From an uncultured Acidobacteriota bacterium (lineage in GTDB: Bacteria > Acidobacteriota > UBA6911): a stretch of DNA of 64,000 nt. Where the stretch lies: positions 192,001-256,000 of the forward strand of contig CAWHCF010000006.1 in the NCBI GenBank assembly GCA_963827655.1, written 5' to 3'. The first letter of the stretch is position 1. Each line of letters begins with the position of its first letter. A program made the translations under genes and the position numbers. The notes beneath the pieces were generated by a model. That model saw only the letters and a list, made by a program, of their open reading frames with translations. It ran no database searches and was not told the origin of the DNA. Shown piece after piece: positions 38,291 through 47,986 of this stretch.

Positions 38291-41053
38291 ATGGAGACGG
38301 TTGTCCGGTCAGCGGAGCGTGAGCGCTCTGCTGCAACTACCTACAACGAGCGAATCGAGCAAATCGTCAGCCGGTTTCCGGATCGAGTTGCATTCAGACT
38401 CAAGACTCCTCAGGGCTACCGGCAGGTGACCTACCGGGAATTCCATCAGCAATCCAAAGCCGTCGCCCAGGGAATCATCGGCACCGGGTTGAGGCCTGGA
38501 GGCCGCGTCGCCATTCTGTCCGAGAATCGGCCGGAATGGGTGGTTGCGTACCTGGGCACCTTCCTGGCCGGGGGAACCGCCGTCCCTCTTGATCCTCAAA
38601 TCTCTCCCGAAGAATGGAAGCGGCTGCTGGACGATTCCGAGACGCAGGTGATTTTTGTGAGCGGGTCCCTGTTGCCCCGGCTCCGAAGCGTCTTGCGGGA
38701 TTCTTTCCTGGCCCAAAGGTTGATCTGCTTCGACCCCCTCGAAGGAGATCGAGACGCTCGATCGGAGCTGGCCGGCTTTCAGGAGTGGGCCCTGTCGCTC
38801 AGTCCGCCAACCGCTATTCCGGAGAGCCGACTTTCCGATGTGGTCGTGATCATCTACACGTCGGGAACTACGGGCAAGCCCAAGGGGGTAATGCTCACGC
38901 AGGAGAACTTCATCTCAGAAATCTCTGCCATCCTGACCAGCATCCATGCCGACGAGAACGATGTTTTCCTGTGCCTGCTTCCCCTGCAGCACGTTTTTGC
39001 CTCAGTGGTCAATTTTCTTTTGCCGCTTTACATCGGCGCCGAAGTAACCTTCGTCGATACGCTCAAACGCACGGAGATTCTCGAAGCGCTCGAGCAAGCG
39101 GGAATCACGATCCTGGCCACGGTTCCTCAATTCTTCTATCTCTTTCACGGCCGGATTCATGACGAGCTCAGGAAGAAGCCGCCTGTCGTTCGAGCACTCT
39201 TCCGCGCAATGCTCGCGCTCAATCGATACTCGCTGCGCTTGCTCGGTCTTAATCTTGGCAAGCTGCTCTTCGCCAAGATCCATCGCACGTTCGGCAGCAA
39301 GCTCCGGCTCTTCGTCAGTGGCGGATCGGCCTTTGACTTGAACGTGGCCCAGGATTTTCATGATCTGGGATTCACCATTCTCCAGGGCTACGGCCTCACT
39401 GAGACGACGGGAGCCGCCACGGTCACACGCGTGAAAAACAACGTTATCGGCTCCGTGGGACCCGCTTTGCCAGGCGTGCAGCTCAAGATTGTCGATTCTG
39501 ACAGCGCCGGCATCGGCGAAGTTGCTATCCGCGGGCCGGTCGTGATGAAAGGCTACTACAAGAATCTCGAAGCTACGGCAGCAGTACTGAAGGAGGATTG
39601 GTTCCATTCTGGCGACCTGGGGCGCCTGGATAGCCGCGGGAACCTGTTTATCACCGGAAGAAAGAAAGAAGTCATCGTTCTCCCGAACGGAAAAAACATC
39701 TATCCCGATGAACTGGAAGCTCACTATCTGCAGTGCCCCTACATCCAGGAGATTGCCGTGCTGGGGATCTCGAGTCCGGGCGGCTACGAACGCAGCGAAC
39801 GCCTGCATGCCGTGGTGGTCCCCAACTTCGAGTATTTAAAGCAAAAGAAGATCGCAAACACGCGGGAAATTCTTCGAGACGAGATCGCGCGCTGGTCGCA
39901 CCAGCTCCCAAAATACAAAAGACTGATGAGCTACCAGGTTCAGAAGGAGCCGCTCGCCCGCACCACTACGCGCAAGATAAAACGGCTGGAGCTGAAGCGG
40001 CAGATTGAAAAAGGCGAACTGCAGGGGATGGAGGGTTCTGCGGCGCCAGCCGCCAATCCGGAAGACCAGGCCTTGCAGAACTCTCCCGTCGGACGCGAGG
40101 TCATTCGCACGCTCAGCGAGACCTATCACCGAAAAATGCCGATCGAACCCGGCATGAATCTGGAATTGGACCTCGGCTTCGACTCTTTGGAGCGCGTCGA
40201 GTTACTGGCCAGCCTGGAGCAGTCGTTGAACCTTCGGCTGCCGGAAGATTCCGGGGCCGAAATCTACACCGTGCGGGACCTGATCAAGCAGCTTCAAGGT
40301 CAGGCGGCAAGCGCCGCCGGCCCTGCCGCTGCGCGTCAGAGCTGGAAAGAAATCCTCTCGGAGAATCTGCTGAAAGAAGTGGGCGAATGGCACGTGCGCT
40401 TCTCGGGTGCCATGTTGACATTCCTGAAGCACGCCGGTCTGAAGGTGCTCTATTTGATCTTTCGCATCTTCCTGCGCCTCGAGGTTCGAGGGCTGGAAAA
40501 CCTTCCGGTGCGAGGTCCTTACCTGATCTGCCCGAATCACCTGAGCTACATGGATCCTCTGGTGGTGATGTCGGTGTTGCCTTACCGCGTATTCAAGAAA
40601 GTCTTCTTTGTCGGAGCCAGCGAATATTTCACCAGCTGGCCCATGAGATTCCTGGCCCGGCTGGCCAACATCGTCCCGGTCGACCCCGATGCTCACTTGC
40701 TGCGCGCAATGAAAGTGGGAGCCTACGGGCTGCGCCAGGGACGCATTCTCTGCATTTTCCCGGAGGGAGCCCGGTCCTTCGACGGAGAACTGAAGGAATT
40801 CAAGAAAGGGGCAGCGATTCTGTCCCGGGAAGTCGGAGTGCCGATCATTCCTGCCGGACTTCAAGGGACCTATGAGGTCTGGCCGCGCGACAGCTGGAGA
40901 ATACGCCCGCACAAGGTGAAGGTGTCGTTCGGAAGTCCGTTACAGGCCAGCGACGGATCAGAGGAAATTCCCTATCAGGCCGATACGGAACGCCTGCAGC
41001 AAGCGGTCTCCAGTCTGATCACAAACGGCCGCGCACAATCCACTCGCCAGTGA
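38291..41053 (+). CDS. Aas-like long-chain acyl-CoA/ACP ligase with ACP and PlsC acyltransferase domains
   Basis: YTSGTTGKPKG, GYGLTE, SGDLG; LGFDSL (phosphopantetheine site); NHLSYMD and FPEG. Confidence 0.92.
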   Translation: METVVRSAERERSAATTYNERIEQIVSRFPDRVAFRLKTPQGYRQVTYREFHQQSKAVAQGIIGTGLRPGGRVAILSENRPEWVVAYLGTFLAGGTAVPLDPQISPEEWKRLLDDSETQVIFVSGSLLPRLRSVLRDSFLAQRLICFDPLEGDRDARSELAGFQEWALSLSPPTAIPESRLSDVVVIIYTSGTTGKPKGVMLTQENFISEISAILTSIHADENDVFLCLLPLQHVFASVVNFLLPLYIGAEVTFVDTLKRTEILEALEQAGITILATVPQFFYLFHGRIHDELRKKPPVVRALFRAMLALNRYSLRLLGLNLGKLLFAKIHRTFGSKLRLFVSGGSAFDLNVAQDFHDLGFTILQGYGLTETTGAATVTRVKNNVIGSVGPALPGVQLKIVDSDSAGIGEVAIRGPVVMKGYYKNLEATAAVLKEDWFHSGDLGRLDSRGNLFITGRKKEVIVLPNGKNIYPDELEAHYLQCPYIQEIAVLGISSPGGYERSERLHAVVVPNFEYLKQKKIANTREILRDEIARWSHQLPKYKRLMSYQVQKEPLARTTTRKIKRLELKRQIEKGELQGMEGSAAPAANPEDQALQNSPVGREVIRTLSETYHRKMPIEPGMNLELDLGFDSLERVELLASLEQSLNLRLPEDSGAEIYTVRDLIKQLQGQAASAAGPAAARQSWKEILSENLLKEVGEWHVRFSGAMLTFLKHAGLKVLYLIFRIFLRLEVRGLENLPVRGPYLICPNHLSYMDPLVVMSVLPYRVFKKVFFVGASEYFTSWPMRFLARLANIVPVDPDAHLLRAMKVGAYGLRQGRILCIFPEGARSFDGELKEFKKGAAILSREVGVPIIPAGLQGTYEVWPRDSWRIRPHKVKVSFGSPLQASDGSEEIPYQADTERLQQAVSSLITNGRAQSTRQ

Positions 41054-41108
41054 GTGAAGTACGACTTCTTTGGTCAATCTGCCCCCTTGCCGTCCGTCAT
41101 TGCGATAA

Positions 41109-41546
41109 TCACGATGGAATGGTTTCAAGCGTCTTGGCTCCGCCTTGGACAGCGGCAACTGGAATGTGACGGTCTAAGGTCGCCAGCTTGCCACCGCGAT
41201 GGACCGACAGGCCAAGCAAGTAAACGTCGGTCAGATGGCTATGATTGATAGCGGCCCCGATCGTGAAGAGTCTTTCGTCCAAGAGACTAACTTCATCCGG
41301 CCAGAAGCGATGTCCCTTGCCGCCACAAAACTGGCGAAGAATTCCAAGGATTTCCTGCGGGCTGCCGGGACAACCGGGATAGCTGGGATGGCTTGCGATG
41401 CGCACAACTCCGTTTTCGGTCATCGGACAGGTCGCCCACGAGCGATGGCCTATTGATCGAAACCAGCGGTGAGCCGCGTCATGCGAAACGTGGTGGGGGT
41501 CGAATAACGCCAGTAAAACGTTAACGTCAAGTAGATATGCCGTCAC
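41109..41546 (-). CDS. vapC: Type II TA toxin, PIN/VapC family
   Basis: LLDVNVLLAL, TCPMTENG, TDVYLLGL...LATLD. Confidence 0.9.
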   Translation of the reverse strand: MTAYLLDVNVLLALFDPHHVSHDAAHRWFRSIGHRSWATCPMTENGVVRIASHPSYPGCPGSPQEILGILRQFCGGKGHRFWPDEVSLLDERLFTIGAAINHSHLTDVYLLGLSVHRGGKLATLDRHIPVAAVQGGAKTLETIPS

Positions 41547-41770
41547 GGGGCCTCATCCCGAAGCCGGTTGACCAGCTCCAGAGTGACAACGGTCGAGCCG
41601 GGCTGAGTATCAAATAATGGCACCCCATTTCGCGACCGTGAGGCCCGGTCACGGCGTAGGCCCTTGCGTGCCAGCTCGGACAAGACCTTGCCAGCTGGAA
41701 GGCCCCGGTGCCGTGCAAGATTCTTGGCTGCCAGGAGAACATCTTCGTCAATATCAAGTGTCGTTCTCAT
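41543..41770 (-). CDS. vapB: RHH/CopG-type VapB antitoxin
   Basis: MRTTLDIDEDVLLAAK...GKVLSELARKGL...RNGVPLF...VTLELVNRLRD; 4-bp overlap with the toxin. Confidence 0.88.
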   Translation of the reverse strand: MRTTLDIDEDVLLAAKNLARHRGLPAGKVLSELARKGLRRDRASRSRNGVPLFDTQPGSTVVTLELVNRLRDEAP

Positions 41771-41780
41771 AGCTGAATAT

Positions 41781-41807
41781 CATCACGCATCACGCATCAG
41801 ATGTCAA
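41781..41807 (-). promoter_or_regulatory. Promoter with direct-repeat operator of the vapBC pair
   Basis: Minus strand TTGACA-tc-TGATGCG-TGATGCG-TGATG-ATATTC. Confidence 0.55.
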
Positions 41808-41862
41808 ATACTCCCTGGGCGTGGGAAAGCTAGCCCCAGCGTTCTTTAACGGGGGACGGCTC

Positions 41863-42942
41863 TTATTGCCGGCTGACCAGAACCAGGCCGGTAACGATGA
41901 TGTTGAGCACCGATAACGGCAGCAGCATTTTCCAGCCCAGATGCATGAGCTGGTCGTAGCGGAAGCGCGGAAGAGTCCAGCGGATAAGAAGCAAGAACCA
42001 GCAGAAGAAAACCACCTTGGCCCCGAACGAGGCAACCTGCAAGAGGACGACAACCGGATGCGAGAGACTCCAATGGGAGTCCCAGGGGAAGTAAAAACCG
42101 TCAGTCTGCAAGTAGGGGACCTGCCAGCCCCCGAAAAAAAGAGTGGCCGTCAGGGCCGCAACCAGGACCGTCTCGATGAAATCGGTCATGAAGAACGCGC
42201 CAAACTTCATGCTGCTGTATTCCACGAAATAGCCGATGATCTCGGACTCCCCCTCGGGCAGATCAAACGGCACGCGTTTCGTCTCGGCGATTCCAGCCAC
42301 TAAAAACAACACGAATCCCAGAGGCTGAAGCACGATTCCCCATTTCGGAAGCCATCCCCACAGCAGTTCCCCTTGCTGCCGATTCAACTGCGCCAGGTCC
42401 AGAGTTCCAAAAATCATCAGCAGGCCGACCAGCGTGGCCCCCATCGTGATTTCGTAACTGATCATCTGACTGGACGCGCGCAAGCCGCCGAGGAAGGCAA
42501 ACTTGTTATTCGAGGAGAAGCCGGCCAGAAAGCTGCCGTAGACGCCCATCGACATCATCGCGAAAATGAAGAGCAACCCGACGTCCAGCGGAAGAATTTG
42601 CAGCTCGATCCTTCGCCCCGCCACCTGAATCGCGTCGCCGAACGGAATCGAGGCGAAACTCATAAGCGCAAAAAACAGCGCGATCAGGGGTGCGATCGTG
42701 TGCAGGAATTTGTCGCCTCCGGGAGGAACGAAGTCCTCTTTGAAAAACATTTTGAGAGCATCGGCGAAGATATGAAACAACCCGAAAGCCCGCAGGCCGA
42801 AAATCGGGGCGCGGTTGGCCCCGATGCGATCCTGCATTACCGCCGACTGTTTTCGCTCCATCCAGGTGAGGAGCGACGTGAGAATCAGGATCGCGTTGAT
42901 GAAGACAACCGCCTTGATGAAAATGATGACGATGTCAATCAT
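41863..42942 (-). CDS. nuoH: NADH-quinone oxidoreductase subunit H
   Basis: ERKQSAVMQDRIGANR, ADALKMFFKED, LRASSQMISYE, AETKRVPFDLPEGESE, PRFRYDQLM..GWK. Confidence 0.96.
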   Translation of the reverse strand: MIDIVIIFIKAVVFINAILILTSLLTWMERKQSAVMQDRIGANRAPIFGLRAFGLFHIFADALKMFFKEDFVPPGGDKFLHTIAPLIALFFALMSFASIPFGDAIQVAGRRIELQILPLDVGLLFIFAMMSMGVYGSFLAGFSSNNKFAFLGGLRASSQMISYEITMGATLVGLLMIFGTLDLAQLNRQQGELLWGWLPKWGIVLQPLGFVLFLVAGIAETKRVPFDLPEGESEIIGYFVEYSSMKFGAFFMTDFIETVLVAALTATLFFGGWQVPYLQTDGFYFPWDSHWSLSHPVVVLLQVASFGAKVVFFCWFLLLIRWTLPRFRYDQLMHLGWKMLLPLSVLNIIVTGLVLVSRQ

Positions 42943-42944
42943 TC

Positions 42945-43084
42945 GATTTCGGATTTCGGATTTCGGATTTCGGATTAAGAGATTCGATTGATTGGGAAGC
43001 TACCGTACGCATGGTTAACAAATCCATTGTCAAACGAACACATCCCGTTCAATCCGCAATCCGCAATCCGCAATCCGCAATCGG
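42945..43084. repeat. Inverted 7-mer arrays between nuoG and nuoH
   Basis: (GATTTCG)x4 ... (CAATCCG)x5. Confidence 0.9.
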
Positions 43085-44686
43085 CTGGCCGGCGTCTCCG
43101 ACGGTGTCATAGGTCATCCCGGCGAACGGAGGCTCGCGCTCCCCTATTTCGCGGAATATCTCTTCAGGCAGCGTCGTTTTCAACGGCACATCAAGTTCGG
43201 CGGCGAGCCGGCCAAGGATCTCGAGATCGGGAAGCGACTCTCCCAGAGGCGGCACGGCCGGCAGGATGCGCTGCACACGCCCCTCAAGATTGGTAAACGT
43301 CCCCTCTTTTTCAGCATACACAGAAGCGGGCAGCAAAACCTGCGCCATGGACGCAGTCGGGTGTTCCCACGGTCCCTGGAATGCAACGAAATCCACGTTG
43401 CCGAGGGACCTCAAGACCTCCTGGGCGTCAAACCCCGTCGTCAGGTCATGGTAAAAAATATAGACAAAATGAACTCGACCTTCAGCGCACGCGCGCAGCA
43501 GGTCGTCGCTGCCGGCTCCGCTCAACCCCAGCGCCTCGGCGCCTCGGGAGTTCGGATTCTTGTCGGCTGTGATCAAGATATCGTCGGAGTAAACCTGACG
43601 ACGAAGGGGCACACGATACTCGAGCCGGCGAATGTTAAGCCCATTCTTGAAAATCTGGCGCAGTGAATAGAGCTCTTCGTTGGTCATCTGCGGAGAAGCC
43701 AGGACCGCGACGCCGTCGGGACCATGCTTTTGTAATGTCTCGCGCAATACGGCGGCCGTCTTCTTGATTGCGTCATCCCAGGTGACTTCCTGCCACCGAT
43801 CGCCCTGGCGCAGCATGGGCGTCCTCAAGCGGTCCACCGAATCGATCGCGCGATAGGCGTATCGCCCCTCGTCGCACATCCAGTAACCGTTGACATCCTT
43901 GTTGTACCGGGGCTTCAGGCGATGAACCCGTTTGTCATGGTAGCGCGCGTTGAAGCGCTCGTTATAGTGAATCTCAGTATTGCATCCGCGGCTGCATCCC
44001 GGGCAGACCGAGTTGGTTCTGCCAAGAAACCAGACCCTGCATTGGAATCGGAAATCACGGTCGGTGAGGGCTCCGACCGGGCAAATATCTACCACGTTGC
44101 CCGAGTACGGATTGTCGAGCTGAACGCCCGGAAATAAATCGATCTCGCTGAGATGGCCGCGATCGTGCACCGCGAGTTCGCCCGTCCTGGATATCTCTCG
44201 AGTGAAACGGACGCAGCGAGTGCAGAGGATGCAGCGTTCCTGGTCCAGGATAACCGTGGGTCCAATCGGGAACGCCTTCTTGCGCTTGGTCTTGTTCTCG
44301 TTAAAACGGGGATCGTAAGCCCCGTGCTCCATATAGTAGTTCTGCAGCTCACACTCACCCGATTGATCGCACACGGGGCAATCGAGGGGATGATTAAGGA
44401 GGAGAAACTCCAGGACAGATTGCCGATTGCGGAGCGCGTCGGGTGTCTGGGTCCGGATCACCAGACCCTCCGCAACCGGAGTAGCACACGAAGGCTGAAG
44501 CTTGGGAATCTTCTCAATCTCTACCAGGCACATCCGGCAGTTCCCCACCACCGACAGACCCGGGTGGTAGCAGTAGTAGGGGATCTTGATGCCGGCCTGC
44601 CGCGCGGCTTCGATCAGAGCCGTCCCTTTAGGTGCCTGCACGGTCTGGCCGTCGATGGTCAGCGTGACCAGTTCCTTTTCCGACAC
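43049..44686 (-). CDS. nuoG: NADH-quinone oxidoreductase subunit G (short, ~545 aa form)
   Basis: CYHPGL..GNCRMCLVE, NHPLDCPVCDQSGECELQ, CILCTRCVRF, CPVGAL, CPGCSRGC, CDEGR; AGGAG before GTG 44686. Confidence 0.92.
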   Translation of the reverse strand: MSEKELVTLTIDGQTVQAPKGTALIEAARQAGIKIPYYCYHPGLSVVGNCRMCLVEIEKIPKLQPSCATPVAEGLVIRTQTPDALRNRQSVLEFLLLNHPLDCPVCDQSGECELQNYYMEHGAYDPRFNENKTKRKKAFPIGPTVILDQERCILCTRCVRFTREISRTGELAVHDRGHLSEIDLFPGVQLDNPYSGNVVDICPVGALTDRDFRFQCRVWFLGRTNSVCPGCSRGCNTEIHYNERFNARYHDKRVHRLKPRYNKDVNGYWMCDEGRYAYRAIDSVDRLRTPMLRQGDRWQEVTWDDAIKKTAAVLRETLQKHGPDGVAVLASPQMTNEELYSLRQIFKNGLNIRRLEYRVPLRRQVYSDDILITADKNPNSRGAEALGLSGAGSDDLLRACAEGRVHFVYIFYHDLTTGFDAQEVLRSLGNVDFVAFQGPWEHPTASMAQVLLPASVYAEKEGTFTNLEGRVQRILPAVPPLGESLPDLEILGRLAAELDVPLKTTLPEEIFREIGEREPPFAGMTYDTVGDAGQPIADCGLRIAD

Positions 44687-44736
44687 TATTGTGCTCCTAG
44701 GTACGGACGACCTTTTGCCGCCCTGAATCCTGAATC

Positions 44737-45249
44737 CTAGTTTTTGGGTCCGATCAGCGGCTGTCGCTTCTGAATCGGATAGTCCTTCCGTAGCGGGTGT
44801 CCTTTGAACTCTTCGTACAACAGGATGCGCTTGAGGTCGGGATGGCCGGCAAAACCAATCCCGAACATGTCCCAGACCTCCCGTTCGAGCCAGTCCGCGC
44901 AGCCCCACAGGGAAGTCACCGAATCGACCTCGGCAGCGGATTCTTCGAGCCGGATTTTGATTCGTAACCGCCGCTTGAAGGGAAGCGATACCAGGTGATA
45001 GACAACGTCAAACCGCGGTTTCCGACCCACATAGTCTACTGCCGTGAGATCGGCGAGCAGGTCAAACAGGAGCCGCGGATCATTCTTCAGAAACTCAAGG
45101 ATCTTTCTCAGCGCCCGCGGCCGAATGATGGCAGTAGCGTCCCCCTGAGGCAAAGCAATTTCGATAATGTCGTCAGGGAAGCTTTCGTTGAGCAACTGAA
45201 GCGCTTCGGCGTTTGTAGCCGACGGTCCACCGGAAGAATTGACTACCAT
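44737..45249 (-). CDS. nuoC: NADH-quinone oxidoreductase subunit C
   Basis: DLTAVDY, RFDVVYHL, WLEREVWDMFGI.F.GHPDLKRILL, GHPLRKDYP. Confidence 0.95.
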   Translation of the reverse strand: MVVNSSGGPSATNAEALQLLNESFPDDIIEIALPQGDATAIIRPRALRKILEFLKNDPRLLFDLLADLTAVDYVGRKPRFDVVYHLVSLPFKRRLRIKIRLEESAAEVDSVTSLWGCADWLEREVWDMFGIGFAGHPDLKRILLYEEFKGHPLRKDYPIQKRQPLIGPKN

Positions 45250-45593
45250 TCAAGCGCGCCCACTTTCCATGCGTATACAAAGCCCACACCGACAATCAGA
45301 AGAAACACCAGCATTTCCACAAAACCGAACCACCCGAGATCGCGAAAGACGACCGCCCAGGGAAAGATAAACGCCAACTCGACGTCGAAGAGGATAAAGA
45401 GCAAGGCGACGAGATAAAACTTCACCTGCACCGGCGCATGCTTCATTCCTTCTGATGGGAGGCCCGATTCGAACGGCGCATCCTTTACCGGCGATCTCTT
45501 CTTAGGTCCCAGAATAGCCGACAAGAAGACGAACGAACCCGCGATCAAGCCCGCCAGAGCCGCCATCACGAGCAGGGGGATCATGTATTCCAT
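45243..45593 (-). CDS. nuoA: NADH-quinone oxidoreductase subunit A
   Basis: PFESG, KFYLVALLFILFDVE..FIFPWAV, WKVGALEW. Confidence 0.96.
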   Translation of the reverse strand: MEYMIPLLVMAALAGLIAGSFVFLSAILGPKKRSPVKDAPFESGLPSEGMKHAPVQVKFYLVALLFILFDVELAFIFPWAVVFRDLGWFGFVEMLVFLLIVGVGFVYAWKVGALEW

Positions 45594-45706
45594 GGTTTCA
45601 TGAGCCTGTTTTCACAAAATGACGGATTAATTTACCACCCCCAAGACGCGAAGACACGAAGAAATGTACCCCGGCTCCTGGCGTTTTTCAGCGGTGAGAA
45701 TTGAAA

Positions 45707-47362
45707 TCACGCAAGTCGAACGACGCGCGTTTGAGAGAGCTTGTCCTGAAGGCAGTCGGAATCAGCATCAAAGAAACCCCAAATTAACCCCGCCCCCAGG
45801 CCGAGAAGCGACAGAAGGTAGACCGCGGATCGGATCAACAGTCGGACAAAAGTAGGACGACTCCCAGACTTTCCAACAACCCGGAGGTTCGTGAACATCA
45901 TTCCTATCGTCTGGTTTGCAGTCCCGAGGAAGAAGAGGGAGTATACGAGGAAGATTGCAACCACCAGCAAAGAGTAGTGGATCAAACTGCGAGAATCAGA
46001 AACAGTGATGCCCGAAACCACATCAGTCACCAGGATGAAGGCGCCCCCGCACAAGAATACAATAATCAGGTCCAACAGGCCGGAGAGAGTGCGTGACAGC
46101 AGGATGAGTTTCTCCGGACTCTCCTCATCTCTGACTTGCTCCGGCGCGATGATCTTTTCGGGCAACTCCGAGGCTTTTGTCTGAATGGCTTCGCGCGCCA
46201 TCACGCTATCGATGAGATTCTCGATCTCGCCAGGGTTAGATAGCGGAATCGACTCTCCCGCCTCTGGAGAAGCTACCCTGGCCTCGGACTCCGCCACCGG
46301 TTCCGGTTTCGAGTCGCGCGAGAGAGAAGCGGCTAGAGGCTCCGGATCTACCGGATAATGCAAGAGCGATTCTTCGGTGCCCGGCGAACCAGTTCCGGAC
46401 GCCTCGGCCTCCGCCACCGGTTCCGGTTTCGAGTCGCGCATGAGAGAGGAGGCGGCTAGAGGCTCCGGGTCTACCGGATAATGCGAGAGCGATTCTTCGG
46501 TGCCCGGCGAACCAGTTCCGGATGCCTCCGCCTCCGCCACCAGTTCTGGTTTCGAGTCGCCCATGGGAGAGGGGGCGGCTAGAGGCTCCGGGTCTACCGG
46601 ATAACGCGAGAGCGATTCTTCGGTGCCCGGTGAACCAATTCCGGATGCCTCCGCCTCCGCCACCAGTTCTGGCTTCGAGTCACCCATGGGAGAGGGGGCG
46701 GCTAGAGGAGCCGGATCTACCGGATAATGCGAGATCGGTTCTTTGGCGCCCGGTGAACCAATTCCGGATGCCTCGGCCTCCGCCACCGTTTCTGGTTTCG
46801 AGTCACCCAGCGAAGAGGGGACGGCTAGAGGAGCCGGATCTACCGGATAATGCGAGATGGATTCCTCGGTACCCGGCGAACCGACCCGGGACGCCTCGGC
46901 CTGCGCCACCGGTTCCGGCTCGGAGGACGGAGCATCGACCGGATAGGGAAGTTTGTTGGCTGATTCCGCTTGGGATGGTTGGCCGGCCTGCCCTGCCGCC
47001 TGTCGAGGCATCTTGCGCGCGATCCGCGGCCTTTGGACGGGAGGCGCCGATCGACCCTGGAGCTCGGGTTTGGGGAAGGGTAGCTTACCGAGGTTCGCCG
47101 TTTTCTCGAGCGCCTCTCTGTCTTGTTTGATCTTCTGGAGCCGCTGATTGAGTTCCAGCCTCCATTGAGGCAGCGCGTCGCCTTTCTGCGCGCGCTCGTT
47201 GATCCGCTCTGGACCGTGTTCCTCGAGGTTGTCAGCCGGGATGCGGGGTCGTTTGGAGCGAGCTAAGCCTTCAACCGGGGTCGCTGTCTGGATCTTGGTG
47301 TCACAAACCGGGCAGCTCCCCGATTCATCGAGCTCGCTCTTCCGGCACTTTGGACATTGCAC
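45707..47362 (-). CDS. RDD-family membrane protein with N-terminal zinc ribbon and long acidic/Pro-rich repeat linker
   Basis: CPKC...CPVC; WRLELNQRL; C-terminal RTLSGLLD...QTIGMMFTNLRVV...LQDKLSQTRVV. Confidence 0.82.
   Translation of the reverse strand: MQCPKCRKSELDESGSCPVCDTKIQTATPVEGLARSKRPRIPADNLEEHGPERINERAQKGDALPQWRLELNQRLQKIKQDREALEKTANLGKLPFPKPELQGRSAPPVQRPRIARKMPRQAAGQAGQPSQAESANKLPYPVDAPSSEPEPVAQAEASRVGSPGTEESISHYPVDPAPLAVPSSLGDSKPETVAEAEASGIGSPGAKEPISHYPVDPAPLAAPSPMGDSKPELVAEAEASGIGSPGTEESLSRYPVDPEPLAAPSPMGDSKPELVAEAEASGTGSPGTEESLSHYPVDPEPLAASSLMRDSKPEPVAEAEASGTGSPGTEESLLHYPVDPEPLAASLSRDSKPEPVAESEARVASPEAGESIPLSNPGEIENLIDSVMAREAIQTKASELPEKIIAPEQVRDEESPEKLILLSRTLSGLLDLIIVFLCGGAFILVTDVVSGITVSDSRSLIHYSLLVVAIFLVYSLFFLGTANQTIGMMFTNLRVVGKSGSRPTFVRLLIRSAVYLLSLLGLGAGLIWGFFDADSDCLQDKLSQTRVVRLA
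46280..46950 (-). repeat. Intragenic 123-bp (41-aa) tandem repeat, about 5.5 units
   Basis: CTACCGGATA recurs at 46348, 46471, 46594, 46717 and 46840. Confidence 0.92.
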
Positions 47363-47528
47363 GAGGCGACGAGTATAGCACAAGCGCTTGCGCCCCATCT
47401 GCTATAATTAGCCGGTACTTTGACGCGTCGCGAGTGGGTGTCAGGCCTTGAAAACTCATTTCCGGCCAGGACGCCGAGCACAGCGCCGAGAAAGTGAATT
47501 TTCAAGGCACTGGACGTCAGATCGTCTC

Positions 47529-47831
47529 ATGACATTTCGAAATCGGACCCTCATGCTGCTGTGCCTCGGAATCCTCGCCTGCGGCGCGTACGCGATCACC
47601 CGCTTTTACTCGATTGTTCTTGTGGCCTACGTGGTCGAAGAGTCATTGATTCAGAAAGCTCCCGACGGGGCGGACACCGCCCGGATTCGAGCGCGATTTC
47701 AAGGGCTCGTCGATTCGCTTCCTGACCGTCGCTCGCGGCTTCAGAGGTTGATCGAGATGTCTCAGGTTCTGGAAAAGGTCCAAGGACTTGATCCGGCTGG
47801 AATGGAGCGGCTGCTTTCGATTGACGATTGA
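47529..47831 (+). CDS. Hypothetical membrane-anchored protein
   Basis: Hydrophobic N-terminus, helical C-terminus; stop lies in a CGATTGA array. Confidence 0.55.
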   Translation: MTFRNRTLMLLCLGILACGAYAITRFYSIVLVAYVVEESLIQKAPDGADTARIRARFQGLVDSLPDRRSRLQRLIEMSQVLEKVQGLDPAGMERLLSIDD

Positions 47832-47912
47832 CGATTGCTAATCAATGTGGCAGAAGTAGACGGCCTCTCGATTGACGATTGATGAAATGGTCGATCGAAA
47901 CATTAGAATTCT

Positions 47913-47940
47913 GGAACTTTTTGGACTTGGGAAGAGTCAA
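47913..47940 (+). promoter_or_regulatory. RpoE/ECF-type promoter (probably autoregulatory)
   Basis: GGAACTT-N16-GTCAA, 46 nt upstream of the ECF sigma ATG. Confidence 0.8.
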
Positions 47941-47986
47941 TAAACACAGGTTTTTGTCTCATTCCTGAGCGTCCGAGTTTAAAGAG

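Noticed and set aside
45597-45619. Rex operator upstream of nuoA
   Set aside because: Only one TTGTGAA half-site; the second half and spacing do not fit TTGTGAA-N4-TTCACAA.
46280-46950. CRISPR array
   Set aside because: The 123-bp units are contiguous, in frame inside a CDS, with no unique spacers and no cas genes.
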